Source: Microbotryum violaceum (Eukaryota). Taken from it: DNA of 64,000 nt. A program made the translations under genes and the position numbers. The notes under the pieces are model-generated. The model worked only from the letters and a program-made list of their open reading frames with translations, was not told the origin of the DNA and did no database searches. The DNA lies in the NCBI GenBank assembly GCA_001244265.2, contig CDLV01000005.1, positions 620,001 through 684,000 on the forward strand, read 5' to 3'. Below are positions 49,715 to 60,637 of the stretch, piece by piece; position 1 is the stretch's first letter; each line of letters opens with the position of its first letter.

Positions 49715-50661
49715 TCAAGCCTGTTTCCGCACCTCCTGCATCTGCACCCGATGATCCCCCTTCTTGGCCCTCTCTGCCAACTTGGCCTGTCGTTTACTCG
49801 TCGGAGTCGACGAGTCCTGCGTCGACAAAGTCGTGGTTGATGACGATCGAGTGGTTGCTTTCGAGGTCTTGCAGGGTCCTTGGGATGATTTGGAGGAGGA
49901 AGTTTTAGAAGGGAATAGGTAAGGTTTTGCGAACGAGTAGAGGCGGTAGAGGGCGTAGAGGGGGATCTGGAGAAGGGGGAGGTAATAACAATAAGTGATG
50001 TGCTTGTGATAGGTAGAAGTAGGGCGGGTAACTTGAGGAATCCGAAGGAGGAGAGAGAAGCGAACGAACCGAGAGGTAAAGTGCCCAGAACTTGCGACTG
50101 ATCAACGCCGTCGTAGCATGAACGAATAAGGTGACGTAGATGATGTCGAACATGTATCTGCTCGCAGAAATCATGAATCCGGCATCGACAAGACGAAAAG
50201 GATCTTTGCCCCCTAGTGTGGGCTACTTACGCTGCCATCCCCGGACTCCCAACATCATCTTTCCGTCGAGCCATCCCTTCGAGTTGGTACCATAGAATCA
50301 AGGCTATTGAATCCGTTGTAAAGAAGTAAAAGAGATGTTTCCACACCCTCAACGAGGGGAAGAAGGCCCAAGAGGCGAGGGAGATGGCCTGCGAGGAGGG
50401 ATGTCATGGATGGGTCAATGCGAACTTGAATAAGTTGCTTCTTGATTTCGTACATGTGTGATGAGGAAGGCAAGGCGGAGTTGGTGCAACGTTTTGGCGT
50501 TGGAAGCGGCGATTCGCTTTCCACTTGCGCCGGCCTGCAGTGTCATCATGCAGCAGCGTGCGTCATGTGAAAGGGCAGCAGCGTGACGTCGGGAGAGAGT
50601 ATGTACGTCAGTGTTTGAGTCAACTGAATCTTGCATCTTCTGCAGGTCAGCGACGTACCAT
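49715..50661 (-). CDS. SND2: SRP-independent targeting protein Snd2/TMEM208 (DUF788)
   Basis: ATG then an intron (50535-50658), giving MAGASGKRIAASNAKTL; later YMFDIIYVT..FWALYLSIPLYALY..SKRQAKLAER. Confidence 0.85.
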
Positions 50662-51203
50662 CTCGTCACCAGCTTCGACTCGAACGGCGTGTGGGGGAAC
50701 GGCGTCATCGCACCTCCGGCGCAAGCCATTGGATTTGCTTCCTCCCACGACTGCCACCAGTCGGAGCTGAGGATTCAATCACTCAGCTTCAAGTGAATTC
50801 GCTCTAAGTAACGTCCGGGTACTACAGCGAGCAAGCAGCAGTTCGATTGTCCATGTATCCGGATCCCGCAGTGGCTCCTATATGCAGCCCGGATTGGAAG
50901 CCTCGTGCACTCCAGTCTACTCCCAAGAAAGGCTTGAGAGAGCACACCAGGGTTCTTACTCCAATAATATCCTTTCCTGTTCGCAAGCGCAGAGGTAATG
51001 CCCTCGTAAAGAACGTCAGTTGTAACGGATGACCCGCCCGATCGCGAAATTTTGGGGGTTCGCGTTTTCCTGCTCTGAGAGTCGTGTGACGATTCAGTTG
51101 GGGTGGAGGATTTCACCCTGGTGTCTCTGTATATTGTGCCCTACAGGTTTGGGGTTCTGAATATTGTTCTGTTCTAGGCACAATTGGAAAACAAAAGGAA
51201 GTT

Positions 51204-51275
51204 TGGCTGAAGTGAGAATTGAACTCAGGTCCACTCTATTAATCAGAGTTGCTCTGACCGCTGAGCTACTCAACC
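51204..51275 (-). tRNA. tRNA-like gene/pseudogene with non-canonical anticodon loop (central triplet TTA)
   Basis: Minus strand GGTTGAG TA GCTC AGCGGTCA GAGC A ACTCT GATTAAT AGAGT GGAC CTGAG TTCAATT CTCAC TTCAGCC A folds as a cloverleaf. A box TAGCTCAGCGG, B box GTTCAATTC, and T4 runs just downstream. Confidence 0.75.
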
Positions 51276-51371
51276 AGTGGAAATAGATGAATATGACGGT
51301 GCACCCGAGTCATACCGGCGGTGGTTCTACCACACATTGTTCTCTACAAAAAAAAATACAAAACTATATAC

Positions 51372-54300
51372 AAGGTGCTGACCAAGGCCTACGACGCGAT
51401 GATAGAGCGAGGCTCACTCTCTCCCAAGCAGGGCCAAGGACTCGTGCGCCTCATCTTCAAGCGACACAAGAAGAATGCTGATCGCGCCGAACTTTCGGCG
51501 TACCGGCCGATCACCCTGCGCGAGTGCGATTACAAGATCTTTACCAAGGTCTATGTCGCCCGTTTGAACCAAATTCTACCGGATCTCCTCCCGCCGCAGC
51601 AGCACGGATTCGTCAAGGACCGCCGATCGGCTGACGCTGCACTACACCTTCGTCTCCTGATCGAGGAAGTTGGCGCGCGCAGGACCGAGTTCCCCGCGGC
51701 CGCACTCTTATCTCTTGACCAATCGTCCGCCTACGACCTCGTCGAGCATGACTGGATCTTTGCCATCTTTGACGCTCTGGGCGCTCCTGCCACCTTTCTT
51801 CGCGTGCTGAGGATGCTCTACTCGGGTGACTCGACCTCGGCCCGCTACATCATCAATGGGTTCTTGACGGCGCCGGTACGACTGACGTGTGGGCTCGGCC
51901 AAGGGGACCCGGCGTCGTCGTCGGTCTGGGACATCGTGTTTCAGCCGTTTCTGGATGCTCTACACCGTCGAAACATCGCGCTGAATCTCTCCATACCTGC
52001 ACTTCATCCGTACCCACAGAGCCGCGCCATTACATCGCTTGCTTTTGCCGATGACGTTGTCGTCGCCGTCGCGGGCTTGGGGTCACTCAACTTGCTCGAT
52101 GACCTGGCGCTCGACTGGAGGCATGCAACGAATGGCCGGCTCAACACGGACAAGACGGTCGTCCTACCGATCGGACGCCGCTGGGACCCGGGGCAACGCC
52201 CGCTCGTCGTCAAGGCCGCAGGCGAGTCGCTCGAGTGGATCGGCCTCCCCTTCGACCCGAGCGGCGACACCGAACTCGCCTACGCGAATCTCATCGAACG
52301 CCTCGAGGCGACGCTGGAAGGGGTTCAGCATCGCTGGCTCACACACCACACCCGTGCCTTTTACGTCAATCGGTACGCCATCCCCAAGATCCTGCACTTC
52401 CTTGCAGCCGACATCCCGCCGCCCGAAGTCGTCAAGAAGCTCGATGACATGCTCGTCGATTTCGTCCGTGGGGGCAAGGGCAGGACCAGCTACGGCAGAG
52501 ATATCGTGTTCACAGCCAAGCTCAAGGGGGGACTCGGGGTGATCAGGATGCAGGACGTCGTGGACGCGGTTGCGGCACGGATCTGGGACGTTCTTCTCGG
52601 CGGTTCGGGCGCGATCTGGCAAGGACTTGCGCGCGTGGCACTCCAGCGAGCTCAGTCCGACCTCGACCTGGCCACCGATCTCTGGCCACATCCATCCACT
52701 CCCATCCCCAGCGACCTCCATCCCGATGGCGAGCAGCATTGGGGGTTCCGAAACAGCAAGACGCGCAGGTCAACCCGAGGACCTTGACCACCGCGAACCT
52801 GCTCGCGCTTCCCACCTTGCTCGGCAGCCTCCACACCCCATCAGAGGGAGACAGACCATCGACGCGGTTCATATACCTGACTAACTTCGTCTCCAGGGCT
52901 ACCCGAAGGTGGCGGATTTCTACCGGCGCGAGTTGTATGCGGGTGGGGGGTTTCACCTTTGGACGCCGCCGGCGGATGTGCTCGGCGACAACAGCGAGTA
53001 CGATCGACGCGGGCTCCCGCAGCGACTGGCAATCGCGGCCTGGTACCGGTTCACTGTCGATCCACACAAGAACACGCCCTTGGCGGTGGCGGTGGCGGCG
53101 GGACGGCTCAACGTGCCCCCCCGGATCGGCACCAGCGCACCGCTCGAGGCGATTCTCCCCAAGCCCGTGGCCCGCTTCGCAATGGAGCAGCGCCTTCCGG
53201 ACCCGGTGCTTCCACAGCAGGCGAGCCAGTACAAGCTGCTGAACATGGCTCGACCGTACACCATCCGTCGCATCCGCCGGGTCCTGAACGCGAAGGCCTT
53301 TACCAACACGCTCGGGCTCAAGGGACCACCGCAGCCGGACGACCTCAGGAGCTTTTGGAAGGCGGTCAACTCGAAGGCACTGACGGCGAGGGAGAGGGAA
53401 GTTTGGTTCAAGCTGATTCTCCGCTTCACCCCGACGCGCAAGCTGCAACACCAACAGAATCACGACATTTCTCCCGCGTGCCTCGTCTGCGAAGCGCCGG
53501 TGGACGACACCGACCACTACTTTTTCGGCTGCGTTGACTCGCGGAATGTCTGGATCGCGGCAAGGGGCGTGCTCTGTGACGCACTCGGGTGCGACACGAT
53601 TGAGGACGCCCAGTACACGACACTGCAACGGCTCTTTGGCCTCCCCAAGCTCAAGGCCAAGCTCAGCGAACAGGAAGGGGCGGGCAGGACGATCGAGATG
53701 TTCACGGGGATGGTTTTGGAGATGATCAGCAGTGGGAGATGGAGGATGCAGAAGCACGGGACGAGAATGGAAAGCGTGGAGAGGAGGAGAATGGTACTGG
53801 AGGAGAGGATGAAGTTGAGGGCGGGAGGAGCAAGGGGCGGGCGAGGGCAGTAGAGGCTGGGTTCGATTTCCCCCCACCACACCCCACACACACACACACC
53901 ATCACGCTTCATCTTCCAACAAAAAACTGTATACTAAATATCTTGCTTTCATCTTTCATCTATTACAGGTCTGCCTTCGTTGCTCATGGACCGGCTCGCG
54001 ATTTGAGATTGACTCGACGGTGACTCGCGCTCTTTGGCTTCGGGGTTCTGAGTCAAGGGAGGGATCAGCAGACACAGGCAGAAAGTCGGCTTTGAGGGGC
54101 CAGGGACTGCTGAAGTGGAGGTTTTGAGGGGCCTCCACCGCGTCTTGTTGTGACCGAGCATAGACTTGGGACTTCGCGGGTCAGGGTAGCTGCGCAGTCG
54201 CTCTCTTGTCTTTGTCTCGACCGAGTTGGGAAGTGACGGCGGGGTGGGTCTCTTGTCGTTAGTCAATTATTTTATTACTCTTTCTCTTTCTCTCTCTCTC

Positions 54301-54517
54301 TTCTTCTCTCTCTCATTCGTCTCCTGGGGGGAGCAACCGCTTGGCTGGGGCACTTGAATCCCAAGTATCGGATTGGTGGACACCGGCCCGTTTCTCGCAT
54401 CTTGCGGGCGGTTTGTGTTATCATCGTCGACTTCCATCTAGTTTTTCCGTAGGCCAATCAGGGGGAACAGGAATTGGGGGCAATATGATGAACAAGTTCT
54501 ACCAAAAAAAAAAAAAA
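51372..54517 (+). mobile_element. 5'-truncated non-LTR retrotransposon (L1/Tx1-like LINE), RT plus CCHC zinc finger, two frameshifts, long 3' UTR and A14 tail
   Basis: [64 protein letters not shown]. Frame changes near 52723 and ~52860-52900; stop at 53853; A14 at 54504-54517. Confidence 0.93.
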
Positions 54518-56308
54518 CACATGGCAAGCGGACTGGTGCACGGTCACATTGACTTCTACTGGCACCGCTTCGACTGGATCAGGCGCGCAGTTGTGTGGAC
54601 TCGCACCGCCCATCAAGACTGCTCGGTCGGGATACTTCGGAAAATTGGCACAGTGCACGAGCGTTAAGGTGCGCAGTCGCATGGTCGCTAGTCAAGAAAC
54701 ACTTTGTTCAGCACATGGCCAACCATGCGGTATTGCTTGGCATTCAGAGCACTTCGTCGTAGAGCTGTCAAGAGTCTGACGTTTGGAGCATTTGGTGCGA
54801 TGTGACGCGCGCTCGACGTGTTCCACGGGGTGGATTTGGAGTCAGGTAGAAGAGTTTCTTGATACGAGACCATTTTAACCCATGCAACCACATGTTTTCC
54901 ATCAGTTGAACAGTGCGCAGAATACTTGGGTCATGTACGAAGGGACGGGAGCTGCTCACCCAATCCCGAAGCCGTGTCTCCCCCATTTGGGACGCTCGAG
55001 CGACCCCTACATCGAATAGACGCTGAACTCTTCCCAACTCCTCCCGGCTGCATGATCTGACCCGAGCATTCTGTCAAGCAGACCACTTATCTCCAGCAGT
55101 AGGGTCAAGGATGGTACAGGCAGGCAGGCGGATCTATCGACCGGGGGCAACAGCCCGGGCGAGATAGGAGCTTTGTCTGCTGCGCTGAGCGCCTTTCGCA
55201 TCGCCGACGTCCACACTGCTCTCAGGGTTACCTCTTCGTCCACCCCTGGGATTCAAAATTCAAAAGTTTCAAGAACTGTATTACCATTCGAGAGGTAATG
55301 CATCACATCCAGACTCCGAGACTACGAGACTACGAGGATATCAAAGACTTCGCGCCTTTTGGCGATCGCATTTTTCGTCCAAATTGAGAAGGTTGGATGT
55401 GGTTGCGCCGCGCCCAGACCTGCTGACCGGGCGCCTAATAAAACTGATCGGCATTCATCAGTTCCTGCGAGGCGACACGTTGACAATGGAAAGCGGACCG
55501 GCACCCTAGTACACCCACGTCAAATCAATATAATTGAGAAAGGGGGCAATGTTGAGGACTTTACACACGGTACATGTAAGCTCTGATGCCGCACATTTGT
55601 CAACGTTCCCGACATGCGAGCGGTCGGTCAAAGCGCCGATCAATTCGAACCGGCGTGAAAAGACCACCCTTCGTGTGCAGTGGTACTAGGTCGCACGCCA
55701 GGAAGTCCAACATCACGCTCCACTGCGACATACCTGAACAGAGGAACAAATCACATAATTCTCCACAACCAAATCAGAGGTACAAAACCCAGCCAAATGT
55801 AGGCGTATCAAGCTAGGACAGACATCCGAGTTACCTGGCAGGAGGTAGCGCGGCGGAGCATGCATCGCCGCTTTGGGCGATCGGACTCGGGAGCGCTTGA
55901 ATACGATAGGCTCGCGAGCGGCACCGGAATCTGGGAAAAAACCCACCGCTTGCAGCGAATGCCCCGCAGAACGCAAAGACGAGACACGTTTCATCGCCGA
56001 TTGCAGCTAACGTACTACCAACATCTTCTTTTCAACCCTTCGGATTCGGTCCAGCATCCTTATGCGCGAAAGCCCCGCGACCGCAACTTTCAGTTCCGAG
56101 TAGTGTCGACCCGAGCTCGTCTTTGACCCCTTCCGGGAATTTGCCGGTTTGCTGAGAGTTTGCTTCCGCGCCTTCCTCACGTAACCGACCGATCGACAAG
56201 GGCACTTACAGCGAATACCTGGCATAATCGTTCCTGGTTCCTCCCTTCCTCCCAGACCGAGCAACGGTTACGGTCGAGGTTTCCTCTTCACCCCGCTCCT
56301 CAAGCACC

Positions 56309-59300
56309 ATGGTAAAGCCAATTCTCTCGCTGAGCAAGATGGACAGTCTCGAACCCAAGGGGTCGGGTTCCGACTCGGATTCGGGCGAGCTCAAGGACGG
56401 GGAGAAGGGCGGCAATCCACGTCGCTACATGGCCAACACGCCCATTTCACCTACCTTGTCTTTCCGTACGATCCCTCGCTTCGCCTTTGATGCCCCGATC
56501 CATCATGAAACCCATCATCGTCACCCCTTTTCACGCGCAAATTCCATCGCAGGCCAGGCTCCCACCCTTCAGCTGCCGGTCGAGTTCCGGACCATGACCA
56601 TCAACGTCACCGAGACGCAGACGCATCCGGAGAACAAGAGCGAGAGCAAAAATAAGGATCCCGCCATGAGACTTGCCGATGTCAAGTGGCACAAGCTTTC
56701 GTCCGAGGAGGTGTGCGAGCGTTTAGGGGTTATCCCCGCGGTCGGCTTGGACCTTGAGATGGCGCAACGAAGGCTCGCAAAGGATGGTAAGAACGTCATA
56801 TCACCACCACCACAGAATTTGCCCAAGAAGGTGAGTCACAAGTCATATCGCGCGTAATCGGGGCTTCCGCGCCGGAGAATCTTGAGGGGGGGATCGCTGA
56901 TCTGACCCTAACCTTGCGCGTGATCTAGATCTTCTTCTTCGTTTTTGGAGGGTTTGGTACTCTTCTCTTTGGTGCCGCCGTGGTCTGCATCATTGCATGG
57001 TAAGTCATGTCATGCCCTTTTGGCGCTCCGAGAGTTCATGAATGGACTGATACAGAGTCCTCGGTCCGTGCAGGAAACCGCTCGGGAACCCTCATCCCGA
57101 CCCTTCCAACCTTGCCCTCGCGATCGTACTCCTCATCGTCATCGCATTGCAAACCTTCTTCAACGCATGGCAAGATCACTCGACCGGCCGTGCGATGGCA
57201 TCTATTTCGGGCATGCTCCCGTCGGACGTGCTCGTCTGCCGCGATGGCAACACTTTCAAGATCGCAGCTGCAGATCTCGTTTCGGGCGACATCGTCAAGA
57301 TCACGCTCGGTTCCAAAGTCCCCGCCGACCTTCGACTCATCGAATGCTCATCCGATTTGCGATTCGACCGATCGATCTTGACGGGTGAATCGAATCCCAT
57401 CTCGGCCACGACTCACAACACGGACCCCAACTTGTATGTGCCCCGCTCGTTCACAACCAAGCAAAGTCTGCGCACTGGCGTCTGACGATCTTGACTTTGT
57501 CATTCTCTCTTTTGCAGCATGGAATCCCACAATATCGCCCTCCAGGGTACCTTGTGCTTATCTGGAAGTGGTATCGGCGTCTGCGTCGCTCTCGGCGATA
57601 ACACTGTATTTGGTCGCATTGCCAAGGCCGCCACAGGTGCCCGACCCGTCAAGACCTCGCTCGAAGTCGAAATTTCGCGCTTCGTTCTCATCATCGGCTC
57701 GCTCGCTTGCGTCGTCGCGCTCAGCATCGTCATCTTTTGGTTCGCGTTCTTGCGCCGCTACTATCCCAGCTTCATCAGCGTCTCGGCGTTGCTCATCAAC
57801 TGCGTGTCCGTCGCGGTGGCGTTCGTTCCCGAGGGTCTGCCCGTGTGCGTCACCGTCAGTTTGACCGTCATCGCGGGATCGATGAAGAAGAAAAACATCA
57901 TGTGCAAGACCCTTTCCACCGTTGAGTCGCTCGGTAGCGTTGATGTCATCTGCTCGGACAAGACGGGTACGTTGACGCAGAATCGCATGACGGTCACCGA
58001 AGTCGTCATCGGTGACAGTGTGATCCACGTCAAGGAAGCCCAGCGCATGGTCATGAACAAGGCCGAACATCCTGAAGGTGCCGCCGTCGAGGTACTCGCC
58101 TCGATCGCTGGTCTCTGCAACGACGCCGCCTTCGAGTCGGACGACATTGGCCTCCCCACGCACGAGCGCAAAATCAACGGTGATGCCACCGATACGGGAC
58201 TGTTCCGCTTTGCCGAGGATGCTGTCGATTCGTGCACCAAGTTGCGCGAGTTCTGGGTGTGCGTCGGCAAGCTCGCGTTCAACAGCAAGAACAAGTTCGC
58301 GATCAAGGTGTTCCAGCCCCTAACCGCGCTCGAGGTCGATATCGTCGTCGCGCCTGCTATTGCTGCGGATGCGTATCGCCCCGAAGACTACCTGATGCTC
58401 GTCAAAGGCGCACCCGACGTCTTGATGAAGCGTTGTTCTACCTACCTGACCCCCGATGGAAATGTTCTTCCCCTCGACGAAGCGGCGATGGCTTTCATAT
58501 CGGAGCGTCAAATCGAGCTCGCCGGACAAGGCAAGCGTGTGCTCATGCTTACCAAAAAGCTCATTCGTGCCAATATCGTCAAAGACAATATTGATGACGA
58601 AGACGCGCTTATGGACTTCAACTTTGACTTGACGATCGTCGGCCTTGCGGCCCTCGTGGATCCCTTGAAGGATGACACCGCCGAGACCGTCCGAGTCTGC
58701 CGCGGTGCTGGCATTCGCTTCATGATGGTAAGGCGCCCTGAGCTCCATCCACACAGTCATTGTTTGATGAATTGACTGACAAGGGTGTTCTGTTACCTTC
58801 AAAGGTCACGGGTGACATGTCGGTGACAGCCGTGTCGATCGCTCGTTCCGCCGGGATCATCACGACGAACAAGGTGCACGGACTCGAGGACCTACAGCGA
58901 GACCTGCTCGAGGGAATGATCGAGCCCTACGACATCGACACCGTCGCGAACCGACCTCTGCGCGCGATTGCGCTCAGTGGTGCCGAGTTGCTGACCATGA
59001 CGGCATCGCAATGGGCCCAAGTCGCGACTTTCGACGAAGTCGTCTTTGCGCGCACGTCGCCGCAGCAAAAGTTGCAGATTGTCAAGACGTACCAAGAATC
59101 GGGCTCGACGGTCGCCTTGTTCGGAGATGGTGTCAATGACGCTCCTGCTTTGAAACAAGCCGATGTCGGTGTCGCCGTTGCGGGAGGATCCGAAGTTGCG
59201 ATGGAAGCGGCCGATCTGATCTTGCTCGACGACTTTAGCGCCATCGTCGTTGGTATCGAATCCGGTCGCCTGTGCTTCGAGAACTTGCGCAAATCGATCC

Positions 59301-60086
59301 TCTACTTGTTGCCGGCGGGATCGTTCTCTGAGTTGATGCCCGTCTTGCTCAACGTCTTCTTCGGCTTGCCTCAAGTGCTTTCCAACATTCAGATGATCTT
59401 GATTTGCGCCGTCACCGAGTAAGTTTACGGCCGCGTACCCTGTTCCTTTCAGAAACCAAGTCACTGACCCCTCAATATTTCCTAAATCCTTCAGTGTCCT
59501 TCCCGCTCTTTCACTCTGCTACGAAAAGCCCGAAGCCGACCTACTCTCTCGGAAGCCCCGAAATCGCAAAAAGGAGCGCCTCGCAGACGCGAAATTGATC
59601 TGCCACGCCTACTTCTTCCTCGGCATCATCGAATCCCTCACCTCCCTCGTCGGCGCCTTCTACTTCGGTTTCCAACGCAAGGGGGTTCCCTTTTCTTCGC
59701 TGTGGCTCAATTATTCCGATGCACCCATCGATCCAAAGATGTTGGCGCATGCGCAGTCGATCTATTTCTTCAATTTGGTCATCATCCAATGGTTCAACCT
59801 CCTATCGACGCGCACACGGCGATTGTCAATCTTCTCCCAACCTCCTTGGGGTTCCGAACGCACGCGCAACTACCGCTTGTTCCCAGCTATGGTCGCCGCA
59901 CTGTTACTCGCCGTCTTCTTCTCGACCGTCCCATTGTTGCAGAGGGTACTTAAGACCGCTACGCCCGGGATCGAGTACTATGGCTTGCCTCTCGGTTATG
60001 GTGTGGCGATGCTCACGCTGGATGAAGTGCGCAAGGCGATCAATAGAAGGTACCCCAAGGGTTTGATGGCGCGCGTCGCCTGGTGA
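56309..60086 (+). CDS. P-type ATPase, Na+/K+-ATPase-like (fungal ACU-type alkali cation uptake), multi-exon
   Basis: LPVEFRT; GSKVPADLR; DRSILTGES; VAFVPEGLP; ICSDKTGTLTQNRMTV; KGAPD; MVTGD; VFARTSPQQK; GDGVNDAPALK; YLLPAGSFSE. Confidence 0.92.
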
Positions 60087-60637
60087 TCCTTCTACCGTCT
60101 CGGTTTGGGCTTCTTCATCTTGGCTCTTCATTAAATGGTTCTGCAGTTGCAACTATTGTCAATTCGCGATTCATAGAGATGGAAAAAGATACGGAAGAAA
60201 GAAGGTTCCTTCTTCTTCGAGAAAGTAAACAAGCAAACGATAGTCATCAAAGAAAAAGGAGGAGGAATAGTGCGAGCTATACAAGGTTCAGGAAGCAGTC
60301 ATAGGAGAAGAGACGACGTCGTGACGACAAGGAAGGAAGAGAGAATGCATGCTATCAATCAAAAAACACAAAGCCCAGCCAAGAGGGGAGAGTCGAGCGA
60401 AAAACGGCCCACAGATGACCTGGGGAGGACGGGGGGGTCTTGCTACAAATGTAGGGGAAGGGAACTAATATACGTCACATGGGAGGAGGTTCGTTTGGTA
60501 TTGGGTTTTTGTGCAGGATCGTGCTCGGAGAGATGCTTGTGTTGGGAGAAGGGATGCTTGAAGAAAGTGCGCGGAGAGAAGTTGCAAAGTGACAAATGTT
60601 CGGCCGGAAGACGGCCTGGCGAGCGAGGAGAGGTGAT

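Noticed and set aside
51021-51200. TGTAACGG as the left end of an LTR
   Set aside because: No matching GTTACA right end or TSD found before or after the LINE.
54520-55250. Short minus-strand ORFs downstream of the LINE as a degraded gene
   Set aside because: No recognisable motifs; cannot be supported without a homology search.
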